In this document: positions 27,887-37,758 of the stretch, piece by piece
Numbering within the stretch: the stretch's first letter is position 1
How the letters are laid out: each line of letters begins with the position of its first letter
Assembly (NCBI GenBank): GCA_037481835.1
Contig: JBBFKW010000014.1
Span: 64,001 to 128,000, forward strand
Origin: Desulfosoma sp.
GTDB lineage: Bacteria; Desulfobacterota; Syntrophobacteria; Syntrophobacterales; DSM-9756
DNA length: 64,000 nucleotides
Reading direction: 5' to 3'
Made by a program: the position numbers and the translations under genes
The notes under the pieces: generated by a model
What the model was told of the DNA's origin: nothing
The model's input: only the letters and a program-made list of their open reading frames with translations
Database searches by the model: none

Positions 27887-27902
27887 GTGAACATAAATTC
27901 AC
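27887..27902. promoter_or_regulatory. Palindromic site GTGAA-N6-TTCAC
   Basis: GTGAA-CATAAA-TTCAC about 180 bp upstream of the NapC-like gene. Confidence 0.45.
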
Positions 27903-28011
27903 GTCAAGAGCCGTCTTCCGCCTTCCACGCCGGGTCCCGGAGGCCGCCCGCGCGACGGGATCCATAAGAGGGGCGCACCGCCCCGGGCACCAACAAGCGG
28001 CGCATCGCCGG

Positions 28012-28602
28012 CTATGGGGAGTGTTCGATGGCTTCCGCGGTTTCCTTGTCACCGGGGCGGTTTCGCTGGAGGAGGTAGGCCGCGAGGGCTTTTCTCTCTT
28101 CGAGGGGTTTTTTCTGCCAGAGGTCGAACTTGGCCGAGATCCTCTCGGGGGTGATTTCGACGACGGCGCAGGATCGAACGGCGGGGGCATGGGCGTCCAC
28201 GGGCGGCGGCTGGAGCCCCTTTTCGTGAGCGGCCACCAGGGCGTTCAAAGCGGCGGTCTTTTCCACCGGATCCTCCACGATGCGGGCTCGGCCGCGAATG
28301 ACGACGCTCTTGTAGAGCTGATGGAGCCGACACGGGCCGTCCGAAGGGCGATAGGCCGCGTCCACGTAGGCCAAGGGGATATCGACCTGAAAACACACGC
28401 GGTCGTCCCGCCGCATGTTCTCCATCTTTTCGCCTTCCAAGGCCGAATGGAAATAGATGCGCCCGTTCCAATACACGTAATTCACCGGGGTGATGTAGGG
28501 GTAGCCGTCGGCACCCGAGGTGGCCAGGCGTCCGATGGTGCAGGATTCCAGCACCGCGCGGATGGCCTCGGGATCCTTCACTTCGCACTGTTTTCTTCGC
28601 AT
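28012..28602 (-). CDS. Pyridoxamine 5'-phosphate oxidase / NimA-like flavin-binding protein
   Basis: MRRK...GRLAT...PYITPVNY...IYFHSA.EG.K...VCFQVD...YKSVVIRG. Confidence 0.88.
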   Translation of the reverse strand: MRRKQCEVKDPEAIRAVLESCTIGRLATSGADGYPYITPVNYVYWNGRIYFHSALEGEKMENMRRDDRVCFQVDIPLAYVDAAYRPSDGPCRLHQLYKSVVIRGRARIVEDPVEKTAALNALVAAHEKGLQPPPVDAHAPAVRSCAVVEITPERISAKFDLWQKKPLEERKALAAYLLQRNRPGDKETAEAIEHSP

Positions 28603-28873
28603 GATCGTCCCCTCTTTTCGCACACGCGCATTGGCCCTTGCCTCGGCCGCGCCGGCCGGGAAGGCCTCAAGCGGCCCGGGCACCTGGCAGAACCGAATCG
28701 GGCCGGGCTTTTCCGCCGCCGGCCGACGAACCGAGATGTAACGGATTGTCCCGGAATGGTCCAATTTTATTGCACCCGAACGGGCTCCGATGGCATTGTT
28801 GGGTTTCCGAAGGGGCGGCTTCGGCCGCAGCCTTCGTCCCGCCCTTCAACCCGAACCGTAAGGAGGTCCGACG

Positions 28874-29683
28874 ATGATCGACTATGGGTCCGTGCAGAGC
28901 CTGATTCAGGATGCCGTGAAGCCGAGGAGCCTTCCGCTGGCGGTGCGTTTTCTCGGCCCTGAAGAGCCCTTTCCGGAAAAGACGCGGCGACCCAAGGCCT
29001 TTCTCAAAAAACGCGTCACCATCTGCCAAGGGATCACCATGGCGCGCCTCTACGGCTGGACCGTCGGGCTTCGCAAGGAAGACATCGTGTGCGTGCCGGC
29101 GCTCATCGGCTGGGGCATGGCAGGGGTGGACAACCCCCGCGGCGAGCTGGAAAAACTCATGCAGGCCGTAGGCTTTGCCGCCGATGGGACATCGGCTGCC
29201 GCTCAGGCGGGCGCCATGGTCTGTCCGCCTCAAGGCGCCGTGGACGGCATCCTGCTCAGCCCCTTGGGGAAAGCTCAAGAAACGCCGCACACCGTGGCCG
29301 TCTACTGCAACCCCGCCCAGGCCATGCGCCTGGTGCAAGCCCTGACCTACGGCGGGGACGGGAGGGCGCCGGCTCCCGCGGTCACGGGAAGTTTCGGCGG
29401 CAAGGTGGAATGCCTCCAATCCCTCTATGCCCCCTACGCCGTGGATGCGCCGCGGATTGCCATTCCCGGCATGGGGGATCGGATCTTTTCCATGACCCAA
29501 GACGATGAACTGGTGGTGGCCTTTCCGGGCCGATTCTTGCCCGCACTGGCCGGAGGGCTCAAAGATGCCGGAAAGGCCATCGGCGCCCGGTATCCCGTGA
29601 CGTTCTACCAGAATTTCGAGCCCGAATTTCCCGCACCGTACAAGGAGACCGCCGAGAGGCTCGGCCTTTTCGACGAGCCGTAA
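28874..29683 (+). CDS. DUF169-family protein
   Basis: LPLAVRF, TICQ.I..AR..G, C...L..G, YCNPAQAMRL, PGMGDR.F....DDEL; AGGAGG RBS. Confidence 0.8.
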   Translation: MIDYGSVQSLIQDAVKPRSLPLAVRFLGPEEPFPEKTRRPKAFLKKRVTICQGITMARLYGWTVGLRKEDIVCVPALIGWGMAGVDNPRGELEKLMQAVGFAADGTSAAAQAGAMVCPPQGAVDGILLSPLGKAQETPHTVAVYCNPAQAMRLVQALTYGGDGRAPAPAVTGSFGGKVECLQSLYAPYAVDAPRIAIPGMGDRIFSMTQDDELVVAFPGRFLPALAGGLKDAGKAIGARYPVTFYQNFEPEFPAPYKETAERLGLFDEP

Positions 29684-29893
29684 AGGGGAGCCTCACGCCG
29701 TGACCGTCCTGCCTCGCGCACAAGCGGGCGTGCCCGCCATGGGGAGCGCGGGCGAGGCGGACCCTGGATCACGGTAACGGAGTCTTCTGTCGAGAGACGC
29801 CGCGCCCGCTGCAGCCCAAGCCCCCAAGCGGCGGCGAAAGGCAAAGCCCTTGGAGCGTCCGCGACGAGCCGTTCCCGTTCAGGGGGAAACCCT

Positions 29894-30949
29894 CTACGGC
29901 GCAGGCGCGAAAAAGGCGCGCATGTGCTCGGCAAGTCTTTCCGGGCGCATGATCATGATTTCGTTTTTCAGCAGCTTCTGGAAGTAATAGTCGTCCGTTC
30001 GGTAATGGGGCGTCACGTTCTGTCGATTGACGATGCGCAGGACACACGCAAAGGCGCCGTCCGTTTCGCCTAAGGGGCCGCTGTAGCAGGACAAGTTGAA
30101 GGTGGAAAATCCCAGGGCGTGGTAGCCCGAAAGGACGCCATGGAGCCCGCGGGCCGTGGCGCGCACGTCGTCCTCGCTCCAACCCAGGAAGCTGGATGCC
30201 TTGGGATAGACAGCCAGGATTTCGTTGACCCCCATGGGCGAATAGGCGGCCATCCAGTGCGTTTCATGGATCCTGGCGACGTAGCGTTGGCTTTCACGCC
30301 GTTCCTCGTCCACAAGATCGTCCCAGTAGCGGCGCCCCGTGCGCTCCTTGTAAGCCTTGGAAGCCTCCAAGAGGAGCCGGTGGTGCGTGGTCGGCTCCAG
30401 CCCGCCCAGGATCTGCAGGTGAGGGTGGATGACGCTGGCTCCTGCAGGAAAGAGATAATTGGCGTTGATCGTGAAATAGCGGATGTTCGGGGTTTTTTCG
30501 GCGCATCGGCGGATGAAATCCAGGGCCGCGTCCAAGGCGTCGGTGAGGAGCTCTTCCGCAAACTCGTTGAGACGCCGATGATGCCGATCCCCCACCATGA
30601 CCACGGCATGGTAGGCGGACAGGGGAAAGAGATTGGGGAACAAGACGGCCTCTCCCCGCACGAGCCGCCCGCCCGGGATGAGCTCGTCCGGATAGGCGGG
30701 AGTCATGGTCCGCCATTTGCCGTCGCACAAAAAGCAGGAGGCTGCCGAGGCGGCGGCCCGCTCTTCCAGGTAGCGTTCGTCGGTTGGAGGGAAAAGGATG
30801 GCCTGCTTGCCTTCCAGGGCGGCGTTGTAAATGCTTTGGTGTCCCGTGAGGGGGTCTCTCCTCACCTCGATGATCTGTTCGTCCATGTCGCCGTTTCGAA
30901 GGGGGCTGTGAAAACGCGCGGTCTCGGTCCAGGATGTCCACTGCAGCAT
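29894..30949 (-). CDS. Galactose-1-phosphate uridylyltransferase-like (GalT branch of HIT superfamily)
   Basis: EVRRDPLTG, CFLC, FPNLFP, NY..PAGAS..HPHLQ. Confidence 0.8.
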   Translation of the reverse strand: MLQWTSWTETARFHSPLRNGDMDEQIIEVRRDPLTGHQSIYNAALEGKQAILFPPTDERYLEERAAASAASCFLCDGKWRTMTPAYPDELIPGGRLVRGEAVLFPNLFPLSAYHAVVMVGDRHHRRLNEFAEELLTDALDAALDFIRRCAEKTPNIRYFTINANYLFPAGASVIHPHLQILGGLEPTTHHRLLLEASKAYKERTGRRYWDDLVDEERRESQRYVARIHETHWMAAYSPMGVNEILAVYPKASSFLGWSEDDVRATARGLHGVLSGYHALGFSTFNLSCYSGPLGETDGAFACVLRIVNRQNVTPHYRTDDYYFQKLLKNEIMIMRPERLAEHMRAFFAPAP

Positions 30950-31103
30950 GGCGGTCTCTTTCCTCCTTTATCGAATTTGAGGTCATGGGCGTATAGCGCC
31001 CGCTGGCATCCGGATCCGACGCCCAAATCCGGAGTTCACCCAAAGAGGGCCCGACGAGGGGAACGGAAGGGCTCTGCCTGAAACACCGTCCCACGGGAAG
31101 GCG

Positions 31104-31721
31104 TTAACGGCAGCCCTTGTCCAAGGCCGCTCGAATTTCCAAGGCAATCTCGCGGCTCAGCGCCGCAATGGCCCGGCTGTGGGCGGCCGCCAGCGACTCA
31201 TAGTCCGGCCCCTGGCATTTTTCCACGAAAACCGAGTTCTTCCCAAAACGATCCCCTTTCCCTTTTGGGAAAGTGAGGGTCCATTGGACATGCAAGGTTA
31301 CGGATTCTCCGGGACGGCCGTCGAATCGGTTTACCTGAACGGCCAGCACCATGTCGGGCTCGAAGGCTGCATCATCCGGCGCCGCGACGGCTCCCGCGTC
31401 GCGGAGCTGGACATTGAGGTTTTCGATGAGCACGCGGAAAAGCTCCTTGTCCAAGGGACCGGCCCAGCGATGGTTTTCGCTGAGGCGCACCGTGTGATCT
31501 CCCGTGCGGACCAGCATCTGGGGGCGCTTCAAGATGTCCGGCACGGTCACAGGCCGGAGGGCCAGGGTCCAGCGCATGGGGATTGGCGAAGAAAATCCGC
31601 CGGGGGATAAGGGCGCCAGTGTGTAGTAGTGTAGGGGAGCACTCGTGGTGCATCCCAGGATCACTACAGCGAAAACACAAACGGCGGCCAAGGCGGCCTT
31701 GTTGCCGATCGAATCCTTCAT
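31104..31721 (-). CDS. pqiC: PqiC-family lipoprotein
   Basis: Lipobox ILGC, YYTL, RPQM.VR, WAGPL, RFDG. Confidence 0.85.
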   Translation of the reverse strand: MKDSIGNKAALAAVCVFAVVILGCTTSAPLHYYTLAPLSPGGFSSPIPMRWTLALRPVTVPDILKRPQMLVRTGDHTVRLSENHRWAGPLDKELFRVLIENLNVQLRDAGAVAAPDDAAFEPDMVLAVQVNRFDGRPGESVTLHVQWTLTFPKGKGDRFGKNSVFVEKCQGPDYESLAAAHSRAIAALSREIALEIRAALDKGCR

Positions 31722-33397
31722 TCTTCTTGTCCTTTCCCAAACAAGACGGACTGGGGATCCCGTTCCAGGGCCTCGGCCAAAACCTTGAGAGTCCGCGAGG
31801 CCGCGGCGAATTCTTCCGCAGCCGCAATCAATCGACTGTGGAGCGGGGAGTCGGAGCGCAGGAGAGATTCTACGGCAGCGAGGGATGTGCGGGCTTGACC
31901 CAGGGCGGCGTCCATTTCGGGTGTGGTCTGGGTCCGCAGCGTTTTCAACAGAAGATGCATTTCCTTGGAAGCCGCCTCCAGAGATTTCACCGTGTTCAAA
32001 AGATCCTGGGACGTGGTGATCCTCTTGGCTCCCTGCAGCGTATCGCGCAGATCCGCGCCGATTTGCTCCAGAGGGAGTCTATCCATCTTGTCCAGCAAGC
32101 TGGACAGCTTTGATCCAATTTCTTCCAGCGGGCTCGGCACGGTGGGAAGTTCCGCATACCCGTAGCGCCCGCCGTGTGTGACATGGGCGGGTTGGGCGTT
32201 GGGAAAGAGATCCAGGGCCACATAGAGCTGTCCGGTGAGGACATTTCCCGAGCGCAGTTGGGCGCGAAGCCCTTGGGAGACAAGATATTCGAAGAGATTC
32301 TTCCCGCTTTCTCGGTTCGGAGCCGTTCCGACAAAGGAAATGCGCTCCGGTTCCGTGGCGATGATCACGGGGATCTTGACTTTGTTCGTGCTCAGATTGA
32401 ACTCTGATCTGATGTCGATGACCTTTCCCACGGGGATTCCCCGGAATTCCACGGGCGCGCCCACGGAAAGCCCTCGCACCGACCCCTCGAAAAGCAGAAC
32501 AAAATAATTGTCCGGACTGTAAGTTTTTTCGAGGGCTTTCTCTCGATTCGGGAACAGCCGAAAGACGTAATCCTCCGGGGCCTCTTCCAAAGGTTCGGGG
32601 CTTTCTTGAATGGTATCGAAAGCGATTCCGCCAGCAAGGACGGTCGCCAAAGATTCCGTGTAAAGATGGACCCCTGAGGCGTCCACCTTGAGGTCGATCC
32701 CTCCGGAGTCCCAAAACCGGGTGTTTTTCCATACGAACCTGTGGTACGGCGCGTGGACGAAGACTTTTGCCTCGATGGTCCGGCCATCGTCTCGAAGACG
32801 GTAGGAAACCACTTCCCCGACCCGTATCTGTCTGAAGTAGACCGGCGCCCCCACTTCGAGGGATTCCTTACGCGCCGACTCGACAATGAAATGCCGTCCC
32901 GGCAATCCTGTGGTCACGATGGGGGGCTCTTCCAGGCCTGTGAAATGACGAGCGGGTTTGCCTGGCTTGCCGGGGTCCAGGTCGATATAGGCCCCGGAAA
33001 AGACGGTCCCCAAGCCGTAGATGGCCGTGGCGGATACGCGCGCCCGGGCGACCCAAAACCGCGTGTTTTCCGAAATCAGCCCTTGCGCCGATTTGACGAG
33101 TTCCGCCTTGACGAGGACATGTTGAAGATCCGGGCCCAGTTCCACCGCCGTGACCGTGCCGATATCCACATCCTTATATTTGACCTTGGTCTTTCCTGCC
33201 TCCAGTCCCTCTGCGGATTTGAACGTGATGGTGATCCTCGGCCCTCTTTCCCGAATCCCCTTGACCACCAGCCATGCTCCGATCAAGGCGGCTACCAGCG
33301 GGACAACCCACAGCAAGGAGATGTGGAAAGATCGCTTCCTGACGGGCGCCACGGGCATGTCTGGAATGCCGCCGTTCGATCGATCGGACTCAGTCAT
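31718..33397 (-). CDS. pqiB: PqiB-family MCE-domain protein
   Basis: WVVPLVA, ITITFKSAEGLEAGKT.VKYK, three MCE domains, GLRAQL.SGN.LTGQLYV.LD. Confidence 0.92.
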   Translation of the reverse strand: MTESDRSNGGIPDMPVAPVRKRSFHISLLWVVPLVAALIGAWLVVKGIRERGPRITITFKSAEGLEAGKTKVKYKDVDIGTVTAVELGPDLQHVLVKAELVKSAQGLISENTRFWVARARVSATAIYGLGTVFSGAYIDLDPGKPGKPARHFTGLEEPPIVTTGLPGRHFIVESARKESLEVGAPVYFRQIRVGEVVSYRLRDDGRTIEAKVFVHAPYHRFVWKNTRFWDSGGIDLKVDASGVHLYTESLATVLAGGIAFDTIQESPEPLEEAPEDYVFRLFPNREKALEKTYSPDNYFVLLFEGSVRGLSVGAPVEFRGIPVGKVIDIRSEFNLSTNKVKIPVIIATEPERISFVGTAPNRESGKNLFEYLVSQGLRAQLRSGNVLTGQLYVALDLFPNAQPAHVTHGGRYGYAELPTVPSPLEEIGSKLSSLLDKMDRLPLEQIGADLRDTLQGAKRITTSQDLLNTVKSLEAASKEMHLLLKTLRTQTTPEMDAALGQARTSLAAVESLLRSDSPLHSRLIAAAEEFAAASRTLKVLAEALERDPQSVLFGKGQEE

Positions 33398-34031
33398 GGA
33401 TTTCCTCCCCTGCATCCCAAATGAGGCGCGGATCGAAGCTCATGGCCGCGCCCATGGTGAGGACCACCACGGCGGCGAAGAAGAGGGCCGCCGGTCCGAC
33501 TTCAATGGTTGCGAGGGTCCCCAGCTTGACCATGCCCACAAGAATGGTGACAACGAAGACATCGAGCATGGACCAGCGCCCCACCGCTTCCGTGAGCAGG
33601 TACAAGCGGGTTCTGTCCCGGGGTCGAAAGCGGGAACGGCGCTGCACGGAAATGAGCAGACATGCCAAAATCAGTAACTTGAGAAGGGGGACGAGCACGC
33701 TGGCTACGAAAATGACCACAGCAATGGGCCATGAACCGGTTTGAATAAAATAAATGACCCCGCTGAGGATTGTGTCCGACTGGGCCTTGCCCAGGGCGGT
33801 TACCGTGGTCATGGGAAGAGCGTTGGCCGGAACGTAAAAGAGGGCGGCTGCCAGGAGCAAGGCCCACGTACGGGTGATGCTGTCGGGTTTGCGGCTGTGG
33901 AGTCGAGCGCCGCAACGGGGGCACCTGCGCCTTTCCTCGGCGCCGCTTTCCGGGCAATTCGAGCACAAGAGATGGCACACTGAGCAACTGAGGTAGCCCA
34001 GTTGCCGAGCCGTCATGAAGGAGCTCATCAT
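33390..34031 (-). CDS. pqiA: PqiA-family protein (C-terminal half type)
   Basis: CSVC, CPRCG, LFYVPAN.LP, TILSGV, GRWSMLDVFVV, FDPRLIWD. Confidence 0.9.
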   Translation of the reverse strand: MMSSFMTARQLGYLSCSVCHLLCSNCPESGAEERRRCPRCGARLHSRKPDSITRTWALLLAAALFYVPANALPMTTVTALGKAQSDTILSGVIYFIQTGSWPIAVVIFVASVLVPLLKLLILACLLISVQRRSRFRPRDRTRLYLLTEAVGRWSMLDVFVVTILVGMVKLGTLATIEVGPAALFFAAVVVLTMGAAMSFDPRLIWDAGEEIHD

Positions 34032-34666
34032 CGGGGGTCCTTCCACAGGGCCCACACCGCGTGCGGGTCGAGCCCGGCATTGGCCGCGGCCGTGACGACA
34101 ATGAAAGCAGCCAGGCAGTAGACGGCCGGTCCCGGCACGATCTCGGCGAGCTTGGCCAGTTTGACCAGACTCACCAGAACCGCCAGCATAAAAATCTCCA
34201 GCATATGCCACGGCTGGAGGGTCCGCACCCAGCGGAAAACGCGGAACATTCCAGGCAGCGTGCGGTTGAAAGTGGCCGGGATCAAAACGTACAAAAGAGC
34301 GAAAAGATGTGCCGCCGGGACAAGCAGCACGGTGAGTGCGACGAGAGCGGCCAAAGAGTGAGCTCCTTGCTGGCTCAGGAAATAGATGCCGGTGATGAGG
34401 TGCGTCTGGTGCACGAGGCCGGCCTTTTTGAGGGCAAGGAAGGGAAAGGCGTTGAAGAGGGCAAAGAGTACGGCCCCGGCACACGCAAGGGCCAAGGGAC
34501 GCTGAAGGTCCTTGGATTGATACCGGACGAGTTCACAGCCGCAGCGCCGACACACCGCAACGGCTCCTTGGGGCCCCGGGGGCACCCTTTGCATCAGGTC
34601 GCAATGATGGCAGGCCATTAAAGACGTGTCAGACCAACGAGATATGGCGGACTCCCAAAAATCCAT
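34028..34666 (-). CDS. pqiA: PqiA-family protein (N-terminal half type)
   Basis: ACHHCD, CRRCG, N.FPFL, PW.MLEIFML.VLV..VKL, DP..VW. Confidence 0.88.
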   Translation of the reverse strand: MDFWESAISRWSDTSLMACHHCDLMQRVPPGPQGAVAVCRRCGCELVRYQSKDLQRPLALACAGAVLFALFNAFPFLALKKAGLVHQTHLITGIYFLSQQGAHSLAALVALTVLLVPAAHLFALLYVLIPATFNRTLPGMFRVFRWVRTLQPWHMLEIFMLAVLVSLVKLAKLAEIVPGPAVYCLAAFIVVTAAANAGLDPHAVWALWKDPR

Positions 34667-34993
34667 CTCCAACCCCTTTGCCTTTGTTCCACCGCCGGGG
34701 CCGACAGCCGACCGTTTCGCGACCGAGCCGTGCGTCGGACCACCCTGTTTCCGGCGCACATCGACCAACGCGCCAGTCGTTGAAACGCCTCCCCATGGCC
34801 GCGGGACTGCTTTTAGGGGTCGGCCTTTTGCCTGTGCCAAGGTGGATCTAGCGCAAAAGATGGGATCCCCGCAAGGGTGGAATCCGCACGAGAGCTCGCA
34901 AAGGATCAGCTCGTCCCGGTGGGCTTTTCTGCCGTGCGGATTGTATGTTGACAAGATTCGGAATGGATTTTCACGCCATGCCGGAGGGTCTTC

Positions 34994-35674
34994 ATGCCTT
35001 TTGAAGCCTCATGGGTTCCGTATCGTGATCGAGACCATGCGGGGACGGTTTTGGCGGAAAAGCTGTCGATGCTGGACCTGGCGTCCCCGCTGGTCTGCGC
35101 CGTTCCCAACGGTGGGGTGCCCGTGGCCGTTCCCATCGCCCACGCGCTGCAAGCCCCTTTAAGGCTTCTTCTCGTGCGCAAGCTCTCTTTTCCCGAAAAC
35201 CCCGAGGCGGGTTTCGGGGCGGTGACTCTGGACGGCATCGTGCGGCTCAATGAGGAACTCATGCGCAGTTTCCGCATTTCCGATGCCGTCGTCCAGCGGC
35301 AGAAGGAAAGGGCTCTGGAGAGCCTGCGCGTGCGCGACGAGCGCTTCGGGCCTTTTTGGACCCGGCTTCCGCCGCTGGAAGAGGCCACGGTCATCGTGGT
35401 GGACGACGGCTTGGCGTCGGGTTTGACCATGGAAGCGGCCGTGGCCTCCCTGCGGGCCCGAAGGGCGCACGGCGTGATTGTCGCCGTGCCCACGGCGTCC
35501 ATGCAGGCGGTGCGGCGTCTGGAAGCCGTGGCGGACCGCGTGGCGTGCCCTCACATCGGGCGGCTTCGCCGATTCGCCGTCGCGGACGCCTACAGCTCCT
35601 GGTGCGACCTGGATGAGGACCAGGTCATGGAGGTGCTTGAAAATTTCCGTCGAGTCCGCGAGGCGGAGTCTTGA
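34994..35674 (+). CDS. Phosphoribosyltransferase-family protein
   Basis: DRDHAG..LA, VP.GGVPVA, RKL..P.NPE.GFGAV, VIVVDDGLASG.TM. Confidence 0.88.
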   Translation: MPFEASWVPYRDRDHAGTVLAEKLSMLDLASPLVCAVPNGGVPVAVPIAHALQAPLRLLLVRKLSFPENPEAGFGAVTLDGIVRLNEELMRSFRISDAVVQRQKERALESLRVRDERFGPFWTRLPPLEEATVIVVDDGLASGLTMEAAVASLRARRAHGVIVAVPTASMQAVRRLEAVADRVACPHIGRLRRFAVADAYSSWCDLDEDQVMEVLENFRRVREAES

Positions 35675-35832
35675 TGTGCTGGAACGGCTCGTGCAAAAAG
35701 GCAAGATGCCGCGGATAAGCCCGCGGAGCATGTCAGGCGGGAGGATCAGATCCTGCGCCGAAAGCATTGCCCGAAACCGCGGCGCCGGGCTGCGCCGGAA
35801 CAGCCGTCACGAGGGGAGAGGCCACCCAAGGG

Positions 35833-36810
35833 ATGATCGGGATCCTGTCAGAGGAAACGGATGCGGCGTGGAACCTCGCCGCGGAAGAATACCTCATGGA
35901 GAAAGTGGACGGATGGTGTTTCCTGGTCTACCGAAACGCCCCGTCGGTCGTGGTGGGCCGAAACCAAAACGCCGCCGCGGAAGCCGACGTCCTTTTCACA
36001 TGCGAGAACGGCATCCCCGTCTTGCGGCGGATCAGCGGGGGAGGGGCCGTCTATCACGACATGGGAAATGTCAACTACGCCTTCATCGAAGCGGAGCGGG
36101 AAAGGGGGCGGCGATCCTTCGAGGATTTCATGGAGCCTGTGGCCGCCTTTCTGCGCTCCGTGGGGGCTCCCGTACAAAAGGACGGACGAAGCGACTTGGG
36201 AATCGACGGCTTGAAAATTTCCGGAAACGCCCAGTGTCGCCGTCGGGGAAAGATCCTGCATCACGGGACCGTGCTCTTCGATGCGGATCTCTCCTTGTTG
36301 CAACGCGCCCTGCGTCCGTCCCGCGCGCCCTATGCGGACAAGGCCGTCGCCTCCGTGAGGCGCCCCGTGACCAACGTCCGGCCCTTCCTGAAACGGGACA
36401 TGAACGCCGACGATTTTATGGAGCGCCTCTTCGATGCCATGCAGCGCCTGTTCGGTTTTCGCCGCATCAGCCTCACGCAAGCCGATCGTGAGGCCGTCTC
36501 CGACGGGGCTCGAAGAAAATACAAGTCGTGGGAGTGGAACTTCGGGGCGTCTCCGCCGTATCGGCTGGAAAGGGAGGCGGTCACACCCGGCGGGATCCTT
36601 CGAATTCGGCTGGACGTCGTCCGTGGCAAAATCGAAAACGCCCTGCTGGAAGGGGCCTCAGGAAACGGCGATCTTCTGCGGCGCGTGCAAGAGGCCCTTC
36701 GGGGCGTGCCCCATCTTCCCCAGCCGATTCTTGCAGCTCTTGAAAAGACGGCGGCCCTTCCGGCCTTCTCCCGTGCCGGCATGGAAAACCTGCTGGCGTT
36801 TCTTTTCTGA
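35833..36810 (+). CDS. lplA: Lipoate-protein ligase A
   Basis: NLAAEEYL, VVVGRNQN, RRISGGGAVYHDMGN, KISGNAQ, HHGTVLF, WEWNFG.SP. Confidence 0.92.
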   Translation: MIGILSEETDAAWNLAAEEYLMEKVDGWCFLVYRNAPSVVVGRNQNAAAEADVLFTCENGIPVLRRISGGGAVYHDMGNVNYAFIEAERERGRRSFEDFMEPVAAFLRSVGAPVQKDGRSDLGIDGLKISGNAQCRRRGKILHHGTVLFDADLSLLQRALRPSRAPYADKAVASVRRPVTNVRPFLKRDMNADDFMERLFDAMQRLFGFRRISLTQADREAVSDGARRKYKSWEWNFGASPPYRLEREAVTPGGILRIRLDVVRGKIENALLEGASGNGDLLRRVQEALRGVPHLPQPILAALEKTAALPAFSRAGMENLLAFLF

Positions 36811-37070
36811 GAACCCAAGGCTGCGCGGCCATCTGCGTTCCCTTGCCGGGCTGTTCCATATCGGAACAGCCCGGCAAGGACAGTGTTCGACATTGGATCG
36901 CTTCTGGAGACGGCTTGAATGGGGTCGAATCCCGGAGGCGCAATGGGACACGCCTTCAGGGAGCGGACCCGGTGAGCATGACCTTTGCCTCTTCTTCCGA
37001 CGGACCCGGGCGTTTTTCACACTCAGGATCGCTCTTTTGGAAACCGTGCCGTTTGGAAGAAGGAGACGAG

Positions 37071-37397
37071 ATGAACACCGCGGAAAAAGCTTCGGAAGCC
37101 TTTGCAGCCATCCAGAAACATCTTCCCGAGGTTTACGAAAAATACCTGGAATTCACGAAGGCCGCTTCGGCCAAAGGAGGACTGAGCGCCAGGGAAAAGG
37201 AACTCATCCTCGTCGGCTGTTCGGTCATGTCCCAATGCGACATGTGCATCGCCATCCACGTGGAAGCGGCGGCGGCCGCCGGGGCGTCCCGCGACGACAT
37301 CCTCCAGGCCGCTCTCATGGCCGTGGCCATGGGCGGATCCCCGAAGCTCATGTACCTCAAGTACGTCTTCGAGGCCCTGGAAGATCTCTTCGAATAA
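37071..37397 (+). CDS. Carboxymuconolactone decarboxylase/AhpD-like protein with CxxC
   Basis: GGLSAREKELI.V..S...QCDMCI..H...A..AGAS..DI; AAGGAG RBS. Confidence 0.88.
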   Translation: MNTAEKASEAFAAIQKHLPEVYEKYLEFTKAASAKGGLSAREKELILVGCSVMSQCDMCIAIHVEAAAAAGASRDDILQAALMAVAMGGSPKLMYLKYVFEALEDLFE

Positions 37398-37443
37398 GTC
37401 GGCGGAGCCCTCGTGTGCCTCGGATCCCGGCGGCCCGGGGGCT

Positions 37444-37758
37444 TCAGCCGAAGAAAGCATCGCCGCTTCGGTTGCCGAGGCCCGGGTGGGTGTCGAATCG
37501 AACGACCCCGACGGGGATCTTTTCCCCGACGGCTTCGGCGACGGCCGCCGCCCCGCGATGCCCGAACCCGCCGCACAGCTCGACGGCGACGATCCCGTCG
37601 GAGGCGACGGCTTGGGCTGCGGCCTGGGCCGCCTGGGCGTAATCTTTGACTCCGATGACCAGCAGATGCACCTTCGGGGTGAGGATCCACTGTCGATGGG
37701 TTTGCGGGTCGGCGTCCGGGGCGACGAAAAGGAACGCCGCTTTCAAGACCTCGCTCAT
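37444..37758 (-). CDS. DUF6506-like small protein
   Basis: VELCGGFG motif; start overlaps the acoX stop (ATGA). Confidence 0.7.
   Translation of the reverse strand: MSEVLKAAFLFVAPDADPQTHRQWILTPKVHLLVIGVKDYAQAAQAAAQAVASDGIVAVELCGGFGHRGAAAVAEAVGEKIPVGVVRFDTHPGLGNRSGDAFFG

Noticed and set aside
27887..27902. Rex or CRP/FNR-family binding site
   Set aside because: Rex sites have 4 nt between TGTGAA and TTCACA, and CRP-type sites are TGTGA-N6-TCACA; the spacing here fits neither.
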